From an uncultured Anaerolineales bacterium (lineage in GTDB: Bacteria > Chloroflexota > Anaerolineae > CG2-30-64-16), in NCBI GenBank assembly GCA_964551735.1, contig CAZKEF010000025.1, positions 10,595 to 74,594 of the forward strand: 64,000 nt of DNA. Reading direction: 5' to 3'. The translations under genes and the position numbers were made by a program. This document shows positions 10,036 through 19,677 of this stretch, piece after piece (position 1 is the first letter of the stretch; every line of letters begins with the position of its first letter). A model generated the notes under the pieces. It searched no databases. It was not told the DNA's origin and worked only from the letters and a program-made list of their open reading frames with translations.

Positions 10036-12960
10036 ATGGCGCGCCTGAAGCTCTCTCTCCTGGGGCCGTTCATGGCCACCCTGGATGGGGCGCCGCTAGC
10101 AGGGTTACGCTCCGGCAAGAGCCGAGCCCTGCTGGCCTACCTGGCAGGCGAAGCCGGCCGCCCGCACCAGCGCACGGCGCTGGCCACACTGCTGTGGGGC
10201 GAGCATCCCAATGACGCTGCCCGGTTAAGCTTGCGCGTGGCGCTTTCAAGCCTGCGCGAGGCTCTCGCTCCGCTAGACCCCGGCCAGGATCATCCAGCAT
10301 TGCTGGAGATCACCCACCAATCTGTCCAGCTTAACCTTGAACCGGAACGCTGCTGGGTGGATGCGGTCGAGTTCGACGCGCGCCTGACGGCTTGCGCTGC
10401 CCACCCTCACCACACCATCGCCCGCTGCCCATCCTGCATCCAAAACCTCGAAGAGGCGGTGGCGCTCTATCGCGGAGATTTCCTGGCGGATCTTGCGCCA
10501 ACTGACTGCGTGGACTTTGAAGAGTGGCAAGTTCTTTGCCAGGAGCGTTACCACCGCCAGGCCATTGAGGCGCTAGAGCAGATCACACAACACTACCTGG
10601 GGGTGGGCAACTACGCCGCAGCACAGCGCTATACCCGCCAACTGCTGGCGATGGAACCCTGGCACGAACGCGCTCACCGCCAACTGATGCAGGCGCTGGC
10701 GCTGGATGGCCAACGCGGCGCTGCCCTGGTGCAATTCGATAACTGCCGGCGTGTTCTCGAACGGGAGCTAGGCGCCGAACCCGAAGCTGAGACAACGGCC
10801 TTGTGGGCCAGCATCCGTGACGGCACTTTTGAAGGTCCCGTGGGCGTCGAGGTGCCTATGCCTCTAACCCCCTTCGTCGGGCGCACAACGGAGTTGGCGC
10901 ACATCAGCGCGATGTTGGCCGATCCCGCCTGCCGGCTGGTGATCCTGGTTGGCCCCGGCGGCATCGGCAAGACGCGCCTGGCGTTGGCCGCGGCCGCGCG
11001 ACAGAAAGGCCTATTCCGGGATGAGATCTGCTTCGTTCAGACACCTGCTGCCAGCACGCCTGAAGGGCTTGATCTCGCGCTGGCCGAGGCCTTACACCTT
11101 ACTGTGGGCGGCCTTGACTCGGCCCCAAAGGCTCGGCTTTTGGGCTATCTGCGCAGCAAAGAGCTTCTGCTGGTGCTCGATGATCTGCAGCCACAGCCGG
11201 CGCTCGCTGCGTGGATCGTTGACCTGCTCCAACGCGCGCCAGGGGTCAGGATCCTCGCCACAGCACGGCAGCGACTCAATGTACGCGGGGAGTGTGTGTT
11301 GCACCTCGTGGGCCTGGAATTCCCGACAACTGCAGCCGATCCTTGCATCCATGAACCCGAAACGACGAGGTGCTGCGACGCCATCAGTCTGTTCGTGCAA
11401 AACGTGCAACGCCTGCAACCCGGTTTTACGTTGACGGACGCCGATCTGCTCCACATCATGCACATCTGCCAGATGGTGGAAGGGATGCCGTTGGCGATTG
11501 AGCTGGCAGCCTCCTGGATCCCGACCCTTTCATGCGCTGAGATCGCCCAGGAAATTCCCCGTGACCTGGGATTCCTCGCCACGACCATGCAAGACATGCC
11601 CGAGCGACACCGCAGCCTGCGCGCGGTGTTCGCTCAATCATGGGAGCTGCTCTCGTCCTCTGAACAGGCGGCCCTGGGCCGGCTGAGCGTCCTCCAGCGC
11701 GGGTTCGACCGAGCCAGCGCCAATGCAGTTGCCGGCGCCGGCCTGCCACTCCTGGCGTCGCTGACCGATAAGGCGCTCTTGCGTCGCGACAGATGCCCAC
11801 CTGGCCCGCTACGGGCCAGCTCCTCCGCCGCTGACCAAGGCAATGATGCCGGCGCCTGCTACAGCCTGCACGAGTTAGTGCGCCAGTACGCGGCCGAACG
11901 CCTGGCCGGGCAGCCGGGTGAGCCGGCAGCCACGCAAGAGCGCCACAGCCGCCATTTCCTCGCCTTTCTGGCGAAACGACAAGCTGCTTTGATGGGCGCA
12001 GGCCAGCCGGAAGCGCTGGCCCAGATCGCGCAGCAGAGTGAAAACTGGCGCGCAGCCTGGTATTGGGCCGTCGAGCATGAATCCTGGCCAGAACTACAAA
12101 GCGCCCTGCCCAGTCTATTCCTGTTCTGTTACATGCGCAGCTGGTTCTATGAAGGAGAAACCGCCATCAGGTTCCTGGGCGACACACTGGCCAATCGAGG
12201 TGACGCCAGCACAGAAGCTCTCTTCGGCCAGGCGCTGGCGGGCCAGGCCTGGTTTGCCTTTCTGATAGGTCAGGCCGAGCAGGCTCAAACATTGCTTAAC
12301 CGCAGCCTGGCGCTGCTGCGCGCGGCCAATGCGCGCACGGCGCTTGCCTTCGCCCTCACCTACCGCGGCGCGATGGCTTTGCACCAGGGCGACATCCTGA
12401 GTGCACGCACAGCCTGCGCAGAGAGCCTGGCCATCTACGAGGCTGTGGAAGATCATTACGGGATCGCGGTAACCTGCAACATCCTGGGGCGGGCTGCGCA
12501 TCAGATGGGCGACTACGATGAAGCGCAGCGGCAGTGCCAAAGGAATCTGGAGATCGCCCGCAGACTGGGCAACCAATGGAGCATGGCCTTCTCACTGGAA
12601 CTGCTGGGGCGCATCGCCCTCGCCCGGGCCGATGCGCTCACAGCCAACGAGATCCTTGCTGAATGCCTCGCCATCCGACGGGCGATGGACGATCGGCGCG
12701 GCGTGGGCCTGACCCTAAACCTGCTCGGCGATGCTCATCTGGCGTGTGGCGCGCACACCGAAGCCGAATGCTGCTATCGCGAGGCGCTGGGCATCTTTCA
12801 AATCTTGGGGTACCAGTCGGGCAGCGAAAACGCCCAGGCCGGGCTGGCCAGCGTGAGCCAGGCGAATCTCCAAGCGGCGCAATCAGAAAGAGAAGCTTCC
12901 GCCAGTTACTTCGCCATCGCGAGTGACCGGCAAAGGCCTGGAGGCCGGACCATCATCTGA
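10036..12960 (+). CDS. SARP/AfsR-family regulator: OmpR-like winged-helix DNA-binding + BTAD + NB-ARC (STAND) ATPase + TPR
   Basis: MARLKLSLLGPFMATLDGAPL...SRALLAYLA...LWGEHP (winged helix), the BTAD region (...YRGDFLADL...), P-loop LVGPGGIGKTRLAL, then multiple TPR-like repeats. 974 aa. The 9649 start in the ORF track is not supported. Confidence 0.85.
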   Translation: MARLKLSLLGPFMATLDGAPLAGLRSGKSRALLAYLAGEAGRPHQRTALATLLWGEHPNDAARLSLRVALSSLREALAPLDPGQDHPALLEITHQSVQLNLEPERCWVDAVEFDARLTACAAHPHHTIARCPSCIQNLEEAVALYRGDFLADLAPTDCVDFEEWQVLCQERYHRQAIEALEQITQHYLGVGNYAAAQRYTRQLLAMEPWHERAHRQLMQALALDGQRGAALVQFDNCRRVLERELGAEPEAETTALWASIRDGTFEGPVGVEVPMPLTPFVGRTTELAHISAMLADPACRLVILVGPGGIGKTRLALAAAARQKGLFRDEICFVQTPAASTPEGLDLALAEALHLTVGGLDSAPKARLLGYLRSKELLLVLDDLQPQPALAAWIVDLLQRAPGVRILATARQRLNVRGECVLHLVGLEFPTTAADPCIHEPETTRCCDAISLFVQNVQRLQPGFTLTDADLLHIMHICQMVEGMPLAIELAASWIPTLSCAEIAQEIPRDLGFLATTMQDMPERHRSLRAVFAQSWELLSSSEQAALGRLSVLQRGFDRASANAVAGAGLPLLASLTDKALLRRDRCPPGPLRASSSAADQGNDAGACYSLHELVRQYAAERLAGQPGEPAATQERHSRHFLAFLAKRQAALMGAGQPEALAQIAQQSENWRAAWYWAVEHESWPELQSALPSLFLFCYMRSWFYEGETAIRFLGDTLANRGDASTEALFGQALAGQAWFAFLIGQAEQAQTLLNRSLALLRAANARTALAFALTYRGAMALHQGDILSARTACAESLAIYEAVEDHYGIAVTCNILGRAAHQMGDYDEAQRQCQRNLEIARRLGNQWSMAFSLELLGRIALARADALTANEILAECLAIRRAMDDRRGVGLTLNLLGDAHLACGAHTEAECCYREALGIFQILGYQSGSENAQAGLASVSQANLQAAQSEREASASYFAIASDRQRPGGRTII

Positions 12961-12990
12961 ACATCCACGGAACAGACTGAGAGGCGTGTC

Positions 12991-15900
12991 ATGTTGCGCT
13001 CCCTGATCTCATCTTTCATCCTGGAAGCCTACATCCTCGGGGAGTGCGAGGGGTGTTTCCCCGCGGCCAGCCTTTCGCTGGACCTCACAGGCTTCACCGC
13101 GCTCACCGAGACACTGGCCCAACACGGCCAGGCCGGTTCAGAGGCTTTGGCTGACGCGCTGAGCGCCTTGTTTGCGCCGCTGGTGCGCAGCATTCACGCC
13201 CAGGGCGGTTTCATCACCCAATTCGCAGGGGATGGCTTCACAGCGTTGTTCCCGGAACAGGACGCACCCGGTCTCTCATCGTCGGAGGCACACACCGTTC
13301 ATCGTGCGTTGGCCGCTGCGCAGGTCATTCAGCACCATCTGCAGGCCCATCCCACCTGCATTACCCCCTTCGGCGCATTCCCGCTGATCGCGCGCATCGG
13401 CGTGGCGCGGGGCGAAGTTATCTGGGGAATTCTTCGGGCCGGTGACGGCGTGCCACATGCCTGGTACTTCAGCGGCCCCGCCATAACCGAGTGCATCTGC
13501 GTCCAGCAGGGGGCAGCCCAGGGTGAGGTCGGTGTCAGTGAGGCGGTGGCGGCTCACGAGCCTGGCCCGGTGAAAGACCGGCCGGCGCCAGGGGAGACCA
13601 TCGTGGCCGGGCCGGCTGCGTCTGCCGACCCAGGGACGTTAGCGGAGGCGGCCGCGGCCTTCCTGCCCGCCACCCTGGGCCAACTGGTCGGTCGGGGAGA
13701 GTTTCGCAACGCAGTCGCTGTCTTCCTGACCGGCCAGGACATCCGCGACCGACAGGCACTGGCTGCGTTCATGGCGATCCTCTTTGAGCAGCAGCGGCGG
13801 CATGGCGGCTTCCTCAGCGGCATTCATTGGGAGGGCGACCGCTGCACGGCCGTGCTCTTTTGGGGTGCGCCGGCAACCCACGAGGGCGATGTCGCGCAGG
13901 CGCTCAACTTCGTCCTGGACACGCAGGCGCAGGCCAAACATCCCATCCGGGCCGGCATGACCTACCGGATCACGTACGCGGGCCTGGTGGGCGCTGCCGA
14001 GCGCGCCGATTACGGCTGCTACGGGCCCGGCACCAACCTGGCGGCGCGGATGGCGGAAGCTGCTCCCTGGGGTGAGCTCTGGCTGGATGAAGCCATCGCC
14101 CGCCGCGCGCGGGCTCACTTCACGGTCGAACCGTTGCGCGCGCGGGACTTCAAAGGCTTTGCGACCCCGCAAAAGGTTTATGCACTGTACGGCCAGGGGG
14201 CCATGTCGGCGTCGGCGCGCTTCACCGGCGCCTTCATCGGCCGGCAGCACGAGCTGGCGCAATTGACGAGCGCCGTGGCGCCTCTCCGCGCCGGCCGACC
14301 GGCGGGCATCATCGCCATCTCCGGCGAGGCCGGCGTGGGCAAAAGCCGCCTGCTGGCAGAGCTGCGACAGGCGCTGCGTGCCGCAGGACCCGGCGCGGAG
14401 CCGCTGACCGGCGCACAACCGGCCGCAACCTGGTTCCACTGCCCGGCCGATGAGATCCGCCGCTCCTCACTGGGCCCGTTCCGGCGGCTGCTACGCGCCT
14501 GGTTCGAGCAAACTGCGGCAACCGATGCGGAAAACGCGCGCCGCTTCATTGACAAGATGGGATCGCTCATCGCTGCCACGAGCGATCCCGGCCTGCAAGC
14601 TGACCTGGAACGCGGCCTGGCGTTCCTGGCGGCCCTGGCCGACCTGTCGTGGCCTGACCCACGCTACGCTGGGATCGAGCCCAAGGCGCGCTTCGACAAC
14701 ACCCGCCTGGCCCTGCAAGCGTTCCTGTTGGCCGAGAGCCGCATCCGGCCGCTCATCCTGGCCGTCGAAGATGCCCACTGGCTCGATGCTGACTCCGAGG
14801 AGCTTCTGCGCACGCTGTCGTTCAACCTGGGCGACGCACCGCTGACCATCGTGCTGGTGAGCCGCGAGCCGGCGGCGCTTGACCACTACAACGCGGCGCT
14901 GCCGCGCCACGAGCTGCACCTGGCGCGGTTGACCGAGGCTGAATTGGCTGCGTTGGCCCAGGCACGCCTAGGGGCGCCGGCGCCCCCCGACCTGCTGGCC
15001 TTGCTCCAGACGCGCACTGAGGGCAATCCCTTCTTCGCCGAGCAGTTGCTGCGCCATATGCAGGAGCAAGGGCTGATCGGCGCAGGCTCCGGCGGTGTGC
15101 TGGCGGTGGCCGGCGCGCCATCTTTGCCAGCCGACGTGCGAGGGGTGCTGATCGCCCGCGTCGATCGGCTGGCCCCGTCGGTGCGGGATGTGGTGCAGCG
15201 CGCCGCCGTTCTGGGCCGCGAATTCGAAACGGCCGTGTTGGCGGAGTTTGCGCCGGTCAGCCCCGCATTCGACACGCAGCTCGCGGCCGCCGCGGGTGCG
15301 GGGATCTGGGCGCCGCTGGACGTCATCCGTTATCAGTTTCAGCACGCGCTCCTGCGCGATGCGGTGTATGACATGCAATTGCACGCCCGGCTCCGCCAGC
15401 TTCACGGCATGGCCGCCGAGGCGCTGGTGCGCGTCCACGCTGCCAACCTGGCGCCCTACTACGGCGACCTGGCGTATCACTACGGGCAGGCCAGCGACAC
15501 GCCCCACGAACGGCGTTATGCGCGGCTGGCCGGCGAACGCGCCGCGGCCCAGTACGCCAACGCCGAGGCGGTGGCGTATCTGAGCCGGGCGCTGGCGCTC
15601 ACGCCGGAAGACGCGACCGCCGAGCGCTACGCGCTGCTCTCAGCCCGCCTGTTCGTTTATGACCTGCAAGGAGCGCGTGCCGCGCAACGGGAAGATCTGG
15701 ACGCGCTGGCCGCGTTGGCAGACCACCTGAACGACGCCGCGAAGCGGGCCGAGGTGGCCATGTGGAAAGCGCGTTATGCATATCTGACCGGCGATTACAA
15801 GGTGGCCGTCGCTGACGCACAACGAAGCCTGACCTTGGCCCCTGCCGGCTCTGCCACTGCGGCCCGTGCATACCTGGTCTGGGGCAAGGCGGCAAGTTGG

Positions 15901-17025
15901 TTGAACGATTACCCGGCCGCACGAACCCAATTGAACGAAGCTCTGATCCGCAGTCAGACCCTCGGTCTGACCCAAGTTGAGACCGATAGCTGGCTCAACC
16001 TGGGCATCGTCTCCTACAGCCAGACCGATTTCCCGCGCGCCCGCGCTGAGATCGCTGAGGCCCTGCGCCTGGCCCAAGCCTGCGGGGATCGGCGGCTTGA
16101 GGGTATGGCGCTGGGAACGCTGGGCAGCATCGCCTTCGATCAGGGCGACTACCACGAGGCATGGCCATGGTATGAACAGGCGCTGCGGCTCAACAGGCAG
16201 GTTGGCGATCGGCTGAACCAGGGGACAAGCCTGGGCAACCTGTGCAATATCACCTTGTACCAGGGCCATTACGACGCGGCGCGCGCTTACGCTGAAGAGG
16301 CGCTTGCGATCTTCCTCGAAGTGGGGGCCTTGTACGGCGCAACGGTCGCGTATCATGTGCTCGGGCAGATCGCGCGCAACCAGGGGGACGATGCCAGCGC
16401 GGCCGCACATTACGAGCAAGCGCTGCGATTGGCGCGCGAGACAGAAGACACATACGAGGAAAGCGAGGTACTGGCATCATTAGGGTTGCTGCATCACCAG
16501 ACCGGCGATCACTGCAGCGCCGAGCGTTTCTGTCGCGCGGCGTTGGCCGCGGTCGAGGCGTTGGGCGAGCAGCACGTTCGCACCTATGCCCTCACCAACC
16601 TGGGGCATACGCTCGCTGCCCTGGGCGACCTGGCCGGCGCGGCCACGGCCCACCGGGACGCGCTCGCCATCCGCCGCGCGGCCGGTGAGAAGACGCGCGC
16701 GCTGGAGAACCTGGCCGGCCTGGCCGAGATCGCCCTGACCGCGGGTGACCTGGCCCAGGCTCAGCAGCACGTCGAGGAGATCCTGGCGCACCTGGCAACA
16801 GGGTCCGTGGACGGCGCCGAGGAGCCGCTGCGCATCTACCTGGCGTGCTACCGGGTCTTGCAGGCCAGCAGCGACCCGCGCGCCGCGGACATCCTGGCAA
16901 CCGCGCAGCGTTTGCTGGCGGAGCGCGCCGGCCGGATCGGCGATCCGGCCTTGCGGCGGTCATACCTGGAGAAGGCGCCGGTGCATCGGGCGCTGGCGTC
17001 GGCCGGTGCCCCTGGTCTACCCTGA
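12991..17025 (+). CDS. Large signalling ATPase: tandem class III nucleotidyl cyclase homology domains (second degenerate) + AAA/NB-ARC P-loop ATPase + long TPR array
   Basis: First cyclase domain LSLDLTGFTALTE...FAGDGFTALF keeps both metal Asp residues. Second domain VAVFLTGQD...WEGDRCTAVLFWG has lost the first Asp. P-loop ISGEAGVGKSRLLAEL. The C-terminal 600 aa are TPR-like (NLG..., ALR.A... repeats). 1344 aa, with a GAGAGG ribosome-binding site. Confidence 0.85.
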   Translation: MLRSLISSFILEAYILGECEGCFPAASLSLDLTGFTALTETLAQHGQAGSEALADALSALFAPLVRSIHAQGGFITQFAGDGFTALFPEQDAPGLSSSEAHTVHRALAAAQVIQHHLQAHPTCITPFGAFPLIARIGVARGEVIWGILRAGDGVPHAWYFSGPAITECICVQQGAAQGEVGVSEAVAAHEPGPVKDRPAPGETIVAGPAASADPGTLAEAAAAFLPATLGQLVGRGEFRNAVAVFLTGQDIRDRQALAAFMAILFEQQRRHGGFLSGIHWEGDRCTAVLFWGAPATHEGDVAQALNFVLDTQAQAKHPIRAGMTYRITYAGLVGAAERADYGCYGPGTNLAARMAEAAPWGELWLDEAIARRARAHFTVEPLRARDFKGFATPQKVYALYGQGAMSASARFTGAFIGRQHELAQLTSAVAPLRAGRPAGIIAISGEAGVGKSRLLAELRQALRAAGPGAEPLTGAQPAATWFHCPADEIRRSSLGPFRRLLRAWFEQTAATDAENARRFIDKMGSLIAATSDPGLQADLERGLAFLAALADLSWPDPRYAGIEPKARFDNTRLALQAFLLAESRIRPLILAVEDAHWLDADSEELLRTLSFNLGDAPLTIVLVSREPAALDHYNAALPRHELHLARLTEAELAALAQARLGAPAPPDLLALLQTRTEGNPFFAEQLLRHMQEQGLIGAGSGGVLAVAGAPSLPADVRGVLIARVDRLAPSVRDVVQRAAVLGREFETAVLAEFAPVSPAFDTQLAAAAGAGIWAPLDVIRYQFQHALLRDAVYDMQLHARLRQLHGMAAEALVRVHAANLAPYYGDLAYHYGQASDTPHERRYARLAGERAAAQYANAEAVAYLSRALALTPEDATAERYALLSARLFVYDLQGARAAQREDLDALAALADHLNDAAKRAEVAMWKARYAYLTGDYKVAVADAQRSLTLAPAGSATAARAYLVWGKAASWLNDYPAARTQLNEALIRSQTLGLTQVETDSWLNLGIVSYSQTDFPRARAEIAEALRLAQACGDRRLEGMALGTLGSIAFDQGDYHEAWPWYEQALRLNRQVGDRLNQGTSLGNLCNITLYQGHYDAARAYAEEALAIFLEVGALYGATVAYHVLGQIARNQGDDASAAAHYEQALRLARETEDTYEESEVLASLGLLHHQTGDHCSAERFCRAALAAVEALGEQHVRTYALTNLGHTLAALGDLAGAATAHRDALAIRRAAGEKTRALENLAGLAEIALTAGDLAQAQQHVEEILAHLATGSVDGAEEPLRIYLACYRVLQASSDPRAADILATAQRLLAERAGRIGDPALRRSYLEKAPVHRALASAGAPGLP

Positions 17026-17091
17026 TCATCCGCCGCAGTCACAGGGCTGCTGCCCGAGGTATCACCGCTTCACCGCCCAGGCTGTCAGCCG

Positions 17092-18498
17092 TCAACGCAC
17101 CACGTACGGAAGATAGGTCCGATGCACTTGAATGGTGCCGGTCACCAGTGTGATCAAGATGTCCGTTTCCGTGGAATCGCTGTCGTAGTTGGTGGTCGGA
17201 TCAATCACGAAGTAGAGAAAATCGCCCGGGCTGACGGAAACGCTCGTCAGGTTTCTGGCTCCGACACCATCACCGAAATTCTGCGCGCCACCTTGCGGCA
17301 GAAAGCCCGACACCAGGTTGGTCGTGTTCTTGTCGATGTACCAGTCGATGCCGTTGCCCCAGCGGGTGTCTATGTCACGGACGTAACCCTCCACCGCAAC
17401 GCTACCAGCGACGGGACTCCGCCAACCGACCACGGCAAGCTGTTGGGGTCCGGGATGGATTCGGATGACGCCCGGCGACCAGCAGAAGGTGCCCGGCGGA
17501 TTCGGACATTGCGTGACACCACTGGTATTCAGTCCTACTGAGGGCGTATAGGAGGAGAGAGAAGGGTGAGTTCCGAGCCACTCCTGCATACCCTCCCCTC
17601 CGATCTGATTTGCCACGAAGCGCTGGAGCAGCGCATAAGTCCGAGGGTCCCGAACGCGGCTTGTGCTTTCAATGAAGTGCCAGACACCCGGGTTTCCGTA
17701 GGTATCACGGTTGGGATTCTCCTGGTTGGGGGAGGTTCGGAAATCGGCCGCGAGGTTCCAGGTGGCCTGGGGCACCGGGTCCGTATTGACATCGATCGTG
17801 AGTTCCAGGACGGTGGAATCGCAGTAGTAAGTGTCCTTGGGGTGGACCGTGACGTAGATGAAGTCGCCCTGCTTGACCTGGATGTCCGCCAACCGGTAGT
17901 TGCCAATGGCGGTCCGAAACTGCTGGCTGCCCCCATTCGCGTAGGATCCAGCAGCCAGATTGCTCGCGCCCTTATCGATAGCCCACGAAATGCCATCTCC
18001 GCAAGCAGCATCCGCGTCCCATACGGAACCGGTCAGCGACACCCTGCCATCCACGGAACTTCGCCACCCCACGACAGCCAGTTGGCTGGGGGCGGGGTGA
18101 ACCAGGATGGCGTGCGGCGGCCAGTTCAGCGCACCGGGCGGCTGCGCTGTGCCGGTGGCATTCAGGCCGATCAGCGGTGTGGAGGAAGCAGTATCGCCCG
18201 TCCACCCCTGAAGACCGTCTACGCCGCTCAGGTTCGGCGTGAAGTGCGGCAGCGCCGAGTAGCCTTGTGCATTCCGGTCGAGGCCCGCGCTCTGCATGAA
18301 ATACCAAACGGCCGGGTTGCCGCACGCATCGGGGTTGGGGTTCTCCTGGTTTGGATACACGCGGAAGTCGGACGCCAGGTTCCAGGCCGTGCAGGATGCA
18401 ATGCTCGCGGCGCGGCCCGGACCGACGCCCAGTGCGAACAACCCCAGGAACAGGCCAATACCGCATAAGCACACAATCACCAAAGTCCGCTTGTTCAT
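17092..18498 (-). CDS. Secreted hypothetical protein with an internal tandem duplication (two roughly 200 aa repeats)
   Basis: Signal peptide MNKRTLVIVCLCGIGLFLGLFALGVGPGRAAS. Repeat 1 WNLASDFRVYPNQENPNPDACGNPAVWYFM...LAVVGWRS...GDGISWAIDKGASNL...GDFIYVTVHP is paralleled by repeat 2 WNLAADFRTSPNQENPNRDTYGNPGVWHFIE...LAVVGWRS...GNGIDWYIDKNTTNL...GDFLYFVIDP. No recognisable catalytic motif. 468 aa. Confidence 0.7.
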   Translation of the reverse strand: MNKRTLVIVCLCGIGLFLGLFALGVGPGRAASIASCTAWNLASDFRVYPNQENPNPDACGNPAVWYFMQSAGLDRNAQGYSALPHFTPNLSGVDGLQGWTGDTASSTPLIGLNATGTAQPPGALNWPPHAILVHPAPSQLAVVGWRSSVDGRVSLTGSVWDADAACGDGISWAIDKGASNLAAGSYANGGSQQFRTAIGNYRLADIQVKQGDFIYVTVHPKDTYYCDSTVLELTIDVNTDPVPQATWNLAADFRTSPNQENPNRDTYGNPGVWHFIESTSRVRDPRTYALLQRFVANQIGGEGMQEWLGTHPSLSSYTPSVGLNTSGVTQCPNPPGTFCWSPGVIRIHPGPQQLAVVGWRSPVAGSVAVEGYVRDIDTRWGNGIDWYIDKNTTNLVSGFLPQGGAQNFGDGVGARNLTSVSVSPGDFLYFVIDPTTNYDSDSTETDILITLVTGTIQVHRTYLPYVVR

Positions 18499-18575
18499 AC
18501 GACGCCTTTCGATAGTAGGAGATGGCAGTCCGGCGGGCACGACGCTTCGCCACGCCGCTCCCCCGCCTGGCGGTC

Positions 18576-18716
<141 letters not shown>

Positions 18717-19075
18717 GCGGCCGGGCAGGGCGGCTGTTTGCATTCCCCTAGAAACGACAGTTGACGCCCCTCCCCGTTGCTGCTCCCGCCAGCACCAGGC
18801 CGTGCCCTCTGATCTCCGGACTTCCCACCCCACCGGTGAAACGGCAATTCATCAGGTCTACCCTACCACCTTCGCCCAACATCACTGTGGCTGGCGCAGA
18901 GCCGAAGGGATGAAAGGTGATCTCCTCGGCCTGCAGACTACCACCCTGCACCCCCGCGATAGTCTGCGGTGTGCCGTAACCCACCACAGTTGTCGAATCC
19001 CGGCTGGCACCCACTTGCCCCATGTATGGACCTCGGCCCCGTTTTCTCGCTGACTGCACCTTCGACGGAAGCGCG

Positions 19076-19104
19076 CTTGACAGCAGCTTGTAGGCGAGTC
19101 ATAC
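19076..19104 (+). promoter_or_regulatory. Sigma70-like promoter (TTGACA-17-CATACT) with no downstream CDS
   Basis: -35 at 19076-81, -10 at 19099-104. Points into about 550 nt of lower-GC non-coding DNA. Confidence 0.35.
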
Positions 19105-19440
19105 TGCCATACATCAAACTGGTGTTCGTCTCTCGTTTCCACCTGAGAACATCTCGCGCATGACCTCACTTGAACACAAGACCCCGCCTCTTTGTACTTC
19201 CCTGCGCTCCACGCGTGTTCTACGCGGCTGCCTTTCTCAGAGCAACGGCGGCATATGGCCGATTGTGTGCATGTGCCCGATGACGCGTACTGCCATGTAT
19301 TCTAATCGTGAAACCCCAACAAGCACTGCGCCTTACCAAACCACGAAGCCATTTGAGATACCTCCTTAAGCAGTTGCCTTTTGGGTTCGGACGGTTATCA
19401 CTATCTGGTCCGCGTTCGCATTTCACTGACCGTGGCAAGT

Positions 19441-19489
19441 CTACCCACCTACCGTTAAAGAAACGTTACGCGACCGGCAACCACCCCGC
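19441..19489. promoter_or_regulatory. Conserved intergenic motif, copy 2 (core CCGTTAAAGAAACGTTACGCG)
   Basis: Aligns base-for-base with 9897-9945 (34/49 identical; 25/30 in the core). Confidence 0.4.
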
Positions 19490-19677
19490 TCCTCGCGGCT
19501 TTGCCCGGACCTCTCCCTGCGACACACCTCTGTCAGGTTTGATACCGGAATTGGATTTGTGGATTCACTTTCCGTGCGCTGAGCGCAGAAAGGCTGGCGC
19601 CGATTGCTAAACCGGCGCCAATGGGACGAGGAGATCTTCTCTACAACCAGTGAGAGAAGGGCGTCTGCGAAGAAGCG

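Noticed and set aside
13639-14439. 266 aa minus-strand ORF (and 15640-16419, 14968-15507) inside the cyclase-ATPase gene
   Set aside because: Antisense to a gene with clear cyclase and P-loop motifs. Composition is Arg/Gly/Ala junk.
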